The notes below the pieces were generated by a model. The model was not told the DNA's origin. It worked only from the letters and a program-made list of their open reading frames with translations, and ran no database searches. DNA of 64,000 nucleotides from Octopus vulgaris (Eukaryota). The DNA lies in assembly GCA_951406725.2 (NCBI GenBank), contig OX597827.1, positions 65,906,001 to 65,970,000 on the forward strand. Direction: 5' to 3'. Of this stretch, positions 43,513 through 56,057 are shown in pieces (the stretch's first letter is position 1; the number at the start of each line of letters is the position of its first letter). A program made the position numbers and the translations under genes.

Positions 43513-43859
43513 CAAATAAGAAAGTAGAGAGGATACAAAATCGACAGATATCAGTCGGTAGACATTGAAGCATGTCTATTTATTCCAGTTTATTCATCTA
43601 ATACATCGAAATAAATAGACATAATAGGATAAATGAACATTCCAGCTGATGTCTGTCGATTTTGTATCCTCTCCACTTTCTTATTTGGCATATAAATCAA
43701 GGGCAAACCACTTTTTACCCCCCGCCCATAGATAACACTCAATTGCGAGATTGCCACACAATAACAAGCATTTGGGTATGAATAATTGGGTACACTACCA
43801 GCAGTATATTGGATAGGTACTACCCTTAGTTGGTTTTCTCAACCTCTAACTCACACAGA

Positions 43860-43862
<3 letters not shown>
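43507..43862 (+). mobile_element. Fold-back insert in (TA)n, same family as 51921-52118
   Basis: 46-bp inverted arms at 43513-43558 and 43642-43687, plus an inner atgtctatttatt/aataaatagacat pair. The 3' part aataattgggta..ctaccagcagt...cccttagttggtt...cctctaac is shared with ~52033-52107. Confidence 0.65.
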
Positions 43863-43948
<86 letters not shown>

Positions 43949-44418
43949 GTATGTACACACACACAAACTTATATATATTTTATATCAATATCACTACGTA
44001 TACATATGTGTATATACGTATATTAACAGATATATATGTTTATATATATATATTAACATCTATACATATATGTATATATATATATATTAATATATATACA
44101 TATATATATATATACATATTTTTTATATCAATATCTCAACCTAGGTATATATGTATATATATATATATATATAAATTCGTTTATACACCCCCACACAGAC
44201 GCCCACACATACAAACACCCACACAGTTCGTAGATATATATGAACAGTTTCCTCTATGCGTAGCTTTCTACGTATCCAAAATAAGGATAAAGGAAAAGTC
44301 TGTTTACTTGTTAAATCAAAATTTTCTTGTCAATAAAACCAATGAATACATCAAAACTTGATTTTGTGGATTTGCCTGTGATTTATTTGTTTTTTCTATC
44401 GTGTATATGTTTCTGTGA

Positions 44419-44465
<47 letters not shown>

Positions 44466-45010
44466 GTTTGGACAAAAGATAAAAATAAAAAGTAAAACAA
44501 TAACGAATAAGAAAATTAGGAAAAAAAAATTTAGATGGAAATACAATAAAAATGAACGGATAAAACTAACAATAATCATAATAACGCCGAAAAAGAATCA
44601 GTGCTTAAAAACGACAAAACGAAGCAATCGGCAAAAAAACAAGCGTAAGAGGCCGATGTTATATGAAACCGAACGAAAAAAAAAGAACGAAACATAGGAA
44701 AAACTATTGAGAAGAAAGAACAATACGAAAAAGTGCAAACATATATAATTCAGAAAGTATAAACATTAAACAAGCAAGCTTTGGTAAATATTAGTTAATG
44801 TCGGGTTAAAGAAATATTATTTTATTTCTTGTTGAAAAATATTTTACGCAATATTTTTGTGTCAATAAGTCTTTTTTCCCAAAATCCATGAATTGTAAAC
44901 AAGCGGTAAGTACCTCATACATCAAAACGAAAATCGTGACAGATTAAGAAATACAATACACGTACTTATGTACTTATGTTTCACACACTCTCACGCTTCT
45001 ATATATATAA

Positions 45011-45076
<66 letters not shown>

Positions 45077-45080
<4 letters not shown>

Positions 45081-45310
45081 AAACAAGTCAAGATAGAAAA
45101 TGCTAAAATAATTTTATAAAGAAAATTTCAGTAACGGTTTCCGTCATTTGAGACCTTTTCAACTGTAACAATTAAATAATTAAAGTTAGAAAAATTGAAA
45201 GAAAAAATTTTTTTTTAAAGAATATTTGTATAGTGTTCAAATATAAGTGGCATTTTCCTTGTTTCTGCCTTTCTCTGTCTCTCTTGTTTACACTTGTGGG
45301 TTCAACTTCC
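45077..45310 (-). mobile_element. (TA)n-flanked non-coding insert with a decayed hammerhead-like motif
   Basis: Minus strand 45165-45129 reads cag ttgaaaa ggtc tcaaat gacg gaaa ccg tta ctg: hammerhead layout with a mutated core. Confidence 0.4.
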
Positions 45311-45334
45311 ATATATATATATAGATATATAGAT

Positions 45335-45993
45335 ATATATGTTTTCTATGTTTTACAAACAGAGGCTGGGGCCATGCTGGTGCGTCGCCTTTAGTACATC
45401 TGGGGATTTTTACAGTATTGCTTCTGGTGAAGTAGGAAGTTGAACGTTGCTGCTCTTCTGTGTGCCTCGTACCGCGATGTAGTTTCATCCAGTATTGTTG
45501 ATTAAAACTGTCCTCCTTTGTAGACAAAACAAATTACTTCTTCTTTAAACATTTTAGGAGATGCAATGCATTGAAGGGAATTCTGGAAAAGCAATTGCAG
45601 TGATTTTGCAAGAGCTTTCTTGCATGATTTTAGCAGAATTTTGAGAATCCTTCTAACCCAATTGCAGTGTTTGGCTCTATCTCGTCAATGGGCGGAAATA
45701 CATCATCTTCTGTAGTATCAAAATAATTCATGGCCGCCTTTTTCTCGTGTAGGTTTGAGAGGTTGAAGAACTCATCAGGTCTGCTTATATTCATGTTTTC
45801 TAGTGGGAAGGTGAAGACATTTTGTAATTATTTATTGAGTGTTTCACTTATCATTTTGGGGACAGCAGTCACTGAGCCCTTTTCCTCAAACAGTGGCCCT
45901 ATCCTGAATCTCACTGAAGCAGACTCTTTTGTGAACTTGTAGAAGGCTTTAGGGATTATTTTCATATATTCCGTCGGCCTGGCTTCTCTGTTT
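45335..45993 (-). mobile_element. CR1-group LINE ORF2 remnant with the RT domain deleted and an intact 3' tail
   Basis: The minus strand reads MKIIPKAFYKFTKESASVRFRIGPLFEEKGSVTAVPKMISETLNK*LQNVFTFP...EDDVFPPIDEIEPNTAIGLEGF/ILLKSCKKALAKSLQLLFQNSL...VYKGG. It then joins directly to the C-terminal F*STILDETTSRYEAHRRAATFNFLLHQK...MY*, followed by a tail like that of SINE A. Confidence 0.78.
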
Positions 45994-46889
45994 ACCCACA
46001 ATTACTGAAAACAAAACACTATGATAGGTGTAGGAACAGCTAACATGCACACTAGTTTAACGCTCGGGAAAAATGGAAAAAGTATTTTACGTTTCGAGCC
46101 TACGCTTTTCGAAAGAAAAAATTGAGGGAGATAATTAAAAACAACCGACGGAGAAAAACTGCGCAGAGTTCAGCGGTCCAACATGGTGAAATGACTGGAA
46201 AAAAGTTTGAACGAAAGGGAGATAATAAAGGATGTGACTCGAAAAATAAGAGTTGAATGAAAGGGAGATAATTATAAAAAAGGTATTGGTGAACTAAGGT
46301 GCGCAATAAGTTAATGTGTGCTTGTTCGGGTAGTCCCTGCACATGTGTATGTATGTGTGTGTGTCTGTGACAAAGACCTGTGAATGTGTGTAGTGTATGT
46401 TTGCGGGCGAAAGTTATGTTTTCCTATGCGACACACACACACCTACAAATATATATACATGTATATACATCTGTATTCGTTTCCATATCTTTATGTATCT
46501 ATTTACGTATGAATGTTTCTGCCTTAAAGCCTTTGCAGTTCATACACGGCAGCTTAATTTCATTCGTCCTCAGTCGAAAGACACCTGTCTTTATATTGTT
46601 GTTGTTTGTATTTGCAATTGTGTAAAATGTTCTCGGATTTTGGCCTTTGCTGTCGCGCACATTCGCTAACTCCTTACAAAAACCTAATGTTCTTAGCTTT
46701 CTTTTTTGGGTGGGAGGCACGAATGACCTCTCCTTTTTTCCTGTCCGCGTATGTTCGCTTGTTTTGTTGTCCTCTGTTCCATTTTGTTCCATTTTATATA
46801 CATACACACATACACACACATACATACACGCACATATATACCATGCACACATACATACACACACATATATACCATGCAGACACGCACTA

Positions 46890-47138
46890 TATATTCGTTC
46901 TTAACTTGTTTATTACTGTTCTTGTATTAAATAATGTCCAATTTCCCGCAAGTTTGTCGTCAGACATCTGTGACCTCTTCAGCGACACTTTCCTTCTTCG
47001 TGTGTGCTTTTGATGCTTTTATCCCACTGGAATAAGAGGAACAATTGCACACAAGAGGCGTCGCTGAAGAGGTCACACATATGTGATGAACGATTTCCGG
47101 ATAACGGGCATTAGTTAGAATATGAAGAACGATTATAT
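46890..47138. mobile_element. Fold-back insert with decayed hammerhead-like arms
   Basis: tgtgacctcttcagcgac (~46969-46986) is the reverse complement of gtcgctgaagaggtcaca (~47060-47077); the outer arms also align. Each arm has CTGAAGA plus a stem but no intact GAAA. Confidence 0.5.
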
Positions 47139-47153
47139 ATATATATATGAACC

Positions 47154-47305
47154 TAGGGCTTCTTTCAGTTTCCATCTAACAAGTCCACCAACAAGGCTTT
47201 GGTCGGCTGGAGGCTATAGCAGAGAACAATCTTTCCATGGTGCCACGTAGTAGGACTGAACTCGGAACCATGTGGTTGGAAAGCAAGCTTCCTACCACAT
47301 AACTA
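47154..47305 (-). mobile_element. SINE family A, 5' half (decayed)
   Basis: Aligns to 25555-25705. Confidence 0.8.
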
Positions 47306-47324
47306 CTTTTTTGCTTATATTTAC

Positions 47325-47368
<44 letters not shown>

Positions 47369-47419
47369 TAATAATAATAATGTGTTATATGGAATAGTTT
47401 GAGTAATATCTCTCTCTCA

Positions 47420-47487
<68 letters not shown>

Positions 47488-47606
47488 TTGTAAATATGTA
47501 TATATACGTGTATACATATACATATATATATACATATATATATATATATGTATAATCAACGTGTGTATGTATGTATGCATGTATCTATGTATGAATAAAT
47601 ATGTCT

Positions 47607-47642
<36 letters not shown>

Positions 47643-47666
47643 CCATATGTATGCTCATTAAATCTT

Positions 47667-47710
<44 letters not shown>

Positions 47711-48069
47711 AAGCGCGAGAGCGGGAGAGAGATAGTTGTTCGCGAATGTGAAGGATTTACTATAGAGATTGTCAGGAAGATATAGTTGTCATCGAGAATA
47801 GACAACTTTGTTACGTTATCTCAAACGCACTAAATCACTGTTAACTGTACTGTCCAGCTTTCAGAACATTCCACACTGTTATTTCTAAATTCTAGCCACC
47901 ATCTGCTTGTTATTACCCAACTCTTGTATGATACCCAAACCTTACTGCTCATTCACTTTCTCCTTAATGTCATTTATCTCTACATACCTCTCCCTCTTAT
48001 TCTGTCAATGTTTGCATAATGATTATCTATCTTGCTCCGTCTCTTTCTCTCTCTGTCTCACCCATCGTA

Positions 48070-48140
<71 letters not shown>

Positions 48141-48866
48141 ATGCGTGTGTGTATTTCTCCACGTACGCACTGTCTATTCTGGTTATTTGTTAGGAAATAA
48201 GTCAAGATTATAACAATCCCAGTGATTACATTTAATCCAGAGAAAGCAAAGCAAAGCATACATGTCTGACATGAGATAAGAGTACTCGCGATTCTGATCA
48301 AACAGTCCAAAAATATAAATTATCCTCAGAATCATCTCAATTCCATGTGGGACAGAACTGAATCCTGAATATTGTTATATCAGCAGAAAAGATCTACGAT
48401 CTTAATCTTGATTACGCAAGACACATTCCTATACAAATATATGCGCGCGTAAGTTATATATATATATTTACACGTAAACACAAGCACACATGCACGTATA
48501 TGTATGTATTTATATATGCCTGATTTCAAATGTATAAATGTGCATGAATATATGTGTGTGTATCTGTGTGTTTCTTCCTCAAGTGTAATGGTACTATGTG
48601 ACCTAGGTCCATTCAAGGTATACAGCAGATTTCAGTGGTTATCAGACTATATATCCCATGCAATGTAGACAATGTGTTACTTAGTAAAATGCTAGGACTA
48701 AAATATTCAAATATATGGTCATTTATTTTCGCTAAAAAGAGTGGCCTAGCGGCTTTTAAATGAGCTCGTTGACTATGTAGGTGTGTGGCAGCTATGGGAT
48801 AGGTATTCATTCCATTCTAAAGATTCCACACATACATAAATACGCGCACGCATGCACAGACGCAGA

Positions 48867-48930
<64 letters not shown>

Positions 48931-49869
48931 TGGTGATATGAAATATCACTACGAGTGGTGATGTGAAATAGCACCACGCTGAATAAATCGACCCACAAAT
49001 TAATATGTAAAAGTACAAAATCATGGTGGAATTCCAGCATGACCGCACACATGTGGCTCAAACGAATAAACGAATGAAATAATATATATATTCATCGATT
49101 TCCTATCGTTGTAATATACTACATCCTACGTTTCGCTTTGCTTTATGTTATTTTAATGGTTGTTTTGTTGGTCATTTCTGTGAAGAGGAAAGTTATAGCA
49201 AGAAGTCAGATGATTTTCTGAAACTCATTTTATTAAAAATATGTGATAATAAAACCTGAATTCCATATGGCAAAATTAATCTACAACAACTCTGTTATCG
49301 TTAGCTAACGACAAGCCTTAACACGTCCAACATACATTTCTTATTCTGGGTAATCAGAAAATATATTTTCACCTGACTCGATACACTATACATGCAGGGG
49401 ATTATCGTGCTGTTTATTACATAGTTATGGCTACATCTCAAATTAGAATTACGACCTTGCATAAAATATATATTCACACTCGGAAGTAGTAGTTCCTAAC
49501 TAACTATATATATTTACGAATCACTGTTACCATATCAACATAATTTTAGCCCTGGGTTAAAATCAGGATTCTAAAATCAAAAGTTAAAAATAAGTGAAGT
49601 CTCATATTACATTGTCTTTGTGGTTATTAATATACTGTTTATTTATTTCGCAGTTGGACATTATTCGTAGTTGTACTGGACAAAATATGAGTGATAATTA
49701 AGTGTCGGGTAATTAAATTTTTAACGCCCACGGTGGTATAATTTTAATTGTAATTAAATATAAATATGGATCCTGTTAATATTTTGCTACATATTTTTCG
49801 CTTCCCACACTTTTGCATATTTAGTATAACTTTTACACATCATTCAGACGTGTCAGCTTATTTTAAACA

Positions 49870-50080
49870 GGTTTCAATATTTGGTACAAGGTCAGTAATT
49901 TTAGGGGAGGGGTAAGTCGATTACATCGACCCCAGTGTTCAACTTGTATTCATTTTGTTATCTCCGAAACGATGAAAGGCAAAGATGACCTCGGGTAAAT
50001 TTAACACAGATAGTAAAGGTGACAAAATGCCGGTAAGCATTATATCTGGATTTTCTCGCGGTCCTGCAAAATCACCATCT
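49870..50080 (-). mobile_element. Decayed SINE family B (tail type 2)
   Basis: taagtcgattacatcgaccccagtg...gatgaaaggcaaag on the + strand. Confidence 0.75.
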
Positions 50081-51282
50081 TCATTCTATTAAAAATATTA
50101 ATAAACTTACAAAACTGGATGCAATATTTTCAGCTGTCTTATTTCAAACACAACTTGGCAATCATCGGTACTGGAGCTTAGCACACTTACATGGCATAAG
50201 GTCACCTAATAGGCTAAAGAAACATAAAATATTGTGTTTTCTTCACTAAATATAGGGTTTTACACTCATGTGTCCTTTGTCAATTTTCGCCATCAAGAGT
50301 TTGGTTCTTATAAGAATGTTCACTGAATAATTCAGGGCCGGAAATAAAATAAATACTGCTGAGGACACTTAAGCCATGCGGTCAATGTCATAGCATTTTA
50401 ATTTTCATTCCATTAAGTACTTGTTTCCATATCAAAAACCTTGCTGCACTTCAGCCAATCATTTCAAGCACATTACGTCACTACGCAATAATTTTTGCGA
50501 TTTATACGTAGTTTGCGGTTTTCTTATATTACTAACAATCTAATTTGAATAATTTTTGCATTAGATAATTGTGTAAATACGCATATAACCATATCAAAGT
50601 AAAGTTACTTTTCATACGGCATTTCTACATGATTTCTCCTTTAGTGTTAGAATTTAATTGAAAACTTTCTTGTGGATCGCTTAACAAATAGCTATTCAAT
50701 TTTTAGCTGACAATCTTTAATTTCAGTAAGGAAACAACGGCAAATTAAGGCATTTCTTTCAGAAGGAAACTATATTAAGACGTCATTGCTCAATTATAGC
50801 AACTTTGGAGAAATTTTTGATGTTACCGATTAAAATATCAGAAAAAAAATAAACAAATAAAATAGATCTTACGTTGCTGAAAGCAAACGTTAATGGTTGT
50901 GACGAACAAGGTATTCGAATTTGATAGATTGAGTATCAAAGGCATATAAAATCCAAAAGCATAGCTTTAGAAATATGAGAGAGTAATAAATGAAAGAATA
51001 TTGCCGTGAAATTCTTCAAACAAAGGTATGCCTATTTTCCACCAAATCTTGTGATAATTGCTGTGTGCTGATTTCAACTTACTTGACATCCCATGTTTCA
51101 GAAGGGTGTTTTAGAAGTATGATGCGAATACAACATTATTTTATTCTTTTCGTGTACGATAACGATTAAAATTTTCTATTTGAATTAGCAGTTATGAAAA
51201 CATTAAAAATCGACAATAAATTATATTAATTTTACATTATAACAAAAATTATATTTTTCCTATACATACATACATGCATGTA

Positions 51283-51327
<45 letters not shown>

Positions 51328-51865
51328 GTATGTATTTATGTTTGCACACAAACACACACAGATACATTCTTATACATACAAGCGAGTGAGACACAGATAG
51401 AGAAGGCGGGAGGGTGAGAGAGAAAGTGATTAAGATTTTGCACTAAAATTCCTGAGTTGCCGTTTCGTTATCCATACCAGGTGGCACATGGTATTCTCGA
51501 GTGCATCACAACATTTCACCTTTATTCAATCCCCTATACTGTGACGAACTGGCATCCTGTTCATATGGTGTGTGGGCTTGTACGCCTAAAATGCGAAATA
51601 ACATGAATCGAAAATTGAAAGGTGGGGAAGCGCATTGTATCCCCAGCGGTGCATGCAGTGATATACAGCAATACACACACACACCTACGCATTCAATCAC
51701 ACGCACACATAAAATTACAAAATAAACCTGCAAAGACATCACAAAAGCCGTGACTAAGAGTGTTTGTGATGTCATTGAGGCTTTATTAATAATAAAATAT
51801 TACTCTACCTCCGGTATTCGAATATTATTTTTTGCACCTTGTTTCACAATTATGTGCTTACTCTG

Positions 51866-51920
<55 letters not shown>

Positions 51921-51926
<6 letters not shown>

Positions 51927-52115
51927 GCAATAAGAAATTGGAGGGAATGTTGCTGTATAAATTAGGGGTAAAAAACTAGTTTACATTGAGTAGCTTAATT
52001 GCCGTGCAAATAAAAAGAAACACATGTGCATTAATAATTGGGTATTCTACCAGCAGTGCATTAGATAGATATTATCCCTTAGTTGGTTGGATTAACAGCC
52101 TCTAACCCTTTTCGA

Positions 52116-52118
<3 letters not shown>
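51921..52118 (+). mobile_element. (TA)n-flanked insert with a short 5' fold-back, same family as 43507-43862
   Basis: Inverted ends tatacagcaa...ttgctgtata (51921-51959); 3' block shared with the 43507 element. Confidence 0.6.
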
Positions 52119-52179
<61 letters not shown>

Positions 52180-52397
52180 CACACACAGTGTGCGTAAGCT
52201 ATTTGAGGACACATATACTTGGGGTCATCGCTGCATTTTTTGAAAACTCTGTATAATCTTTGTTTCACGAAAAAATAATGGCTGATATTCAGCTTATTCA
52301 AGAAATGATGAGGCAACGCTGTTATTGTTACTACAAAGGCTGAGCATAATGATTTAGAAATAAAGTTGCCAGATCTTTCGTCTACAAACTTTGTAGA

Positions 52398-52746
52398 CGA
52401 AAGGATGAAATATAAAGTTTACATTAGCGGAGTTTGAGCTCAGAACATAAGGATGAACGAAATACTGCTAAGCATTTTACCCGGCATATTAACAATTGTG
52501 CCAGATCACTGATTTAGGTTTAGTTATTATACTGGTTTCAAATCTTGATAAAAGGTCAGCAACTTCGGGGGACGTTGTAAGTCAATTACACCATCCCAGT
52601 GCTCAACTGGTACTTATTTTATAGACCAAGTAGGATGAAAGGTAAAGTCAGCCTTGGCGGAGTTTGAGCTCAGAACGTAAGAACGGACGAAATGCCGCTA
52701 AGAATTTTTGCCTGGAGTGCAAACGATCGTGCAAGCTCATCACCTT
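52398..52746 (-). mobile_element. Two tandem SINE B copies
   Basis: ggatgaaa...ggagtttgagctcagaac.taag occurs twice (~52403 and ~52633). Confidence 0.78.
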
Positions 52747-54013
52747 ACCTTTAGTTATTATATCAGGCAAAGAAATTTTAATTAATTAAACTGACAACAT
52801 TAGTGATCAGAATATTCATTGACTTATTAACCGATTCTTGCCAAAAGTAAACTGCAGGCATAACGCGGATAATTTGATTATTCAAAATCCATTAAATATA
52901 GTCCCATTAAGGCACTCGTTTTAAATAATGCATATTCATATCATAATAAATCAGGAATATTAGCAGTCACTCTATAGTCAAATGTTCATTTTGTAAAGCA
53001 ATGGTATGAAATGTTGACACTGTGTACACCAGGCCAATATTTAAGCTGTCATAACGCTATGAGTTCATTCTTCAAAATGCATATACATCAATTCTTACCT
53101 AAGGAAAACATAAAGCTTTAGATTATTATTCGATGATGATGTCTAATACAGCTGAAACGTGCCTGAATACGGTGTTCCAATCGTGCGTAGCATACTTACC
53201 CTACATTTTAGATTTAACTATAAATACCTGAGTTGTTTACCTTGTATTTTCTGAAAAAAACTCAATCGTTACGATAATGAATGTTGTCACACTGCTATAA
53301 TTACCACGTCAGATACAAATACTTATAATTTTAATTACTGACGATACGAATAATAGAGGAGTTTGCATTTTACGAAATTTATATATTCGAGAAGAAACTT
53401 CCGTCAGTCATCCTTTATAGCGCCCCTCTATGTCCTTTCCCTAGTAATCATACTCACAATCCTCAGCAATTTTTGGACCAGTGATCCCACTTTAGTAGTC
53501 GGAATCTAAGAGTAGATTACCCCTTGTATATTATTAACCCTTGTCTCATTCGTGTTCTTTTTTAAGTACAGCAGTGTAAAGTTTTATGACGATGTTGATG
53601 ACTATTGGGCTCTCGTAGAAATAAACTCAACGGTACGTTTTGGAGATTGTTTCAGTTGCTTATAATGTTCGGCTGCTCAGACAACTAATGAGCATACGAA
53701 TGATTGACCAGAATCCAATCTTGACTATTTTCGGCCTACACTACCAGACATGTTTTTCCTTACATTCAGTTAATTATGCGCAGCTTGATATTGTTTTTAT
53801 CAAGCCTGGTGACATTTTCTCGTTACTTACTATGTGTCAGAGATAATTTCTGAGAACCATAAACATTTTTACTGGTTCTATAACTCTTGTTCTTGCTCTT
53901 GTATTAACAATATTTGTATATTGCCCCATTAATTTTCGTTGATCAATGGATTTTTGAACAGTTGGTATAACTTTAATCATAGTTATGATTTTAGTGCCTT
54001 TAAATTCGTTAAT

Positions 54014-54262
54014 GTGGAGGCGCGTGGCTTAGTGGTTAGGGTGTTGAACTCATGATCGTAAGGTTGTGGTTTCGATTCCTGGACCGGGCGATACATTGCG
54101 TTCTTGAGCAAAACACTTCATTTTCACGTCGGTCCACTCCACTCACCTGGCAAAAAATGAGTAATCCTGCAACGAACCGGCGTCCCGTCCAAGTGGGTAA
54201 TTTCTACGCCACTGAAACCGGGAAACCGGCCCTTATGAGCCCGGCATGTTTCGAGAAGGAAC
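54014..54262 (+). mobile_element. SINE family C variant with CORE-like body
   Basis: Head gtggaggcgcgtggcttagtggttaggg...gtttcgattcc; body ttcttgagcaaaacacttcattt...ccactca..tg...aaatgagta; tail cgtcccgtcca...gaaaccgggaaaccggccc. Confidence 0.85.
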
Positions 54263-55179
54263 ACGTTCCTTAATGGAATATTCCTTAATTCACGCTTTTC
54301 TTTTTCAAATGATGATTCATAAAAAACGTATTGGCTTTATTGTAGTTTCTCTTTGTTTTATGCAGATTCCAGTTCAGCATTAAGATCATAGTCCTTTTTT
54401 TCTATCTAATCTTTTCCTCAATATTCAAAACTCGAAACATTATATTCGTGCTATCGTAGACAGCTATATGATAAGTTAACTTTATTTTAAATTCGTGTTT
54501 GATAATTCATGCATTCACACCTCCACCCTAGAATACATCAACAGTAACAAATGACTTTTATTATACACTAAAAAAAAAGCAAATGCATAAAAACGCAACT
54601 CTTTGCAATTCTATAGAAGATTCCCGTATAACAATGGCGCCCTTCAATTCTAAAGACCAATAAAGCTAATAATATAATGGATACATATGACCCGGTTCTT
54701 TAGCCTCCTTGTTACAGCCAGTTTAAAAGAATCGTGACGCGAATGTTTAAAGCGATTATTTAAGTTTTAGAAATTCCATTACAATAATACGCCATTTTCC
54801 CTTCCCCGTACCTGCCTGAGGACAACTTTTGTCGTTTTTAAGTCTGCTAGAGACAATTAAATCCTTCTCGACCAATAAATTCCATCTGGTTATATGAAGG
54901 TGATTTACGAGAACAAAGATCCGTTTTAAATAGGGTAAAGTATTTTTAATTAAGTATTTAAGTGAATTTCATTACAAAGCAATGGTTTCTTATTCATGGA
55001 AACTTTTCCAACTTCTAATAGACATATCTAATTTTAAATGAATAAGGTTATATAATTGCCTAACAATTTTTATCATACACCTCGCAGAAAAGTCTTATTG
55101 TATGTACTTATAAAGAATGGCATTGACTTATTCCAATAAATTATCATGCAAATGGGTTTATTAATTCTTCTTTTCGAAA

Positions 55180-55950
55180 CGTCAATATCGGTTTTAATGT
55201 GAATATGATTTAGCATAAATATAACAGAGAAAATAAACGTATCAATGATAATGTAAATATCTCTAAAATGCTTATCGTCGCTTATTTATCGATATTAAAG
55301 GACATAAATTATAAAAGCTGTAATTTAATTGTTAGGCTTCTGTCTTTATTTTGTTTTGGGATTTCTTACCAGAAATAGGGTCAGGCTTGTAACAAAACTG
55401 ATAAAATTACTCACTTGTGTACATGAATGCTTGTCTTATGTGTCTTTAGTTTTAGTATGATGATCTCCTTATCCTATATGAGCCAAAAGGGCAAATGTTG
55501 GACAAGCAAGAATCGGGTCTTGAATGGGAATTCAGTAGGAAACCTTTTCAATAATTTTTATTATTCTTTGTTTATCGTCAGTATCGTTTTTAATGAGAAT
55601 ATGATTTCGCATAAAAATAACGAAGAAAATAAACGTATCAATGATAATGTAAATATCTCTAAAATGTCCGTGTTTATTTCAAATTATAATGCTTATCGTC
55701 GCTTATTTAGCGATATTAAAGGACATAAATTATAAAAGCTGTAATTTAATTGTTTGTCTTCTGTCTTCGTTTTACGTTTTTTCATTTCGTACCAGAAATA
55801 GGGTCATGCATGTAACAATACTGATAAAAAAAAATACTTACTTGTGTACATAAATACCTTTCGTATGCATCTTTAGCTTTAGTATGATCTCCTGAAAATG
55901 TTGGACAAGCAAGAATCATTCCTTGAATGGGAATTAAGTAGGAAACCTTT
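55180..55950 (+). repeat. Tandem duplication of a ~380-bp unique segment (55180-55548 and 55576-55950)
   Basis: Long shared blocks, e.g. gaaaataaacgtatcaatgataatgtaaatatctctaaaatg and cgatattaaaggacataaattataaaagctgtaatttaattgtt. Confidence 0.9.
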
Positions 55951-55978
55951 ATATAAATATTTAAAAAGATATTCAATA

Positions 55979-56057
55979 CAGTACTGTTTCTACTTCGTGG
56001 GTTTTCACCTATCGCGGGGGATGGATCGTAGCACATGCGATAATCGAGGGGTTACTG
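55979..56057 (-). mobile_element. Solo pogo/Tigger-type terminal fragment
   Basis: The reverse complement ta|cagtaacccctcgattatcgc...ccgcgataggtgaaaacccacgaagtag resembles the left end of the 41121 element. Confidence 0.65.

Noticed and set aside
45772-45778. CTGATGA on the minus strand as a hammerhead core
   Set aside because: It encodes P-D-E within the LINE ORF2 remnant; no stems or GAAA box follow.
49638-49705. Possible + strand terminal exon after tttatttatttcgcag (LDIIRSCTGQNMSDN*)
   Set aside because: A single acceptor-like site with no supporting upstream exons or homology.
53417-53433. CTCF-like motif (another near 59525-59541)
   Set aside because: Imperfect short matches that are expected by chance; not supportable without ChIP or conservation data.
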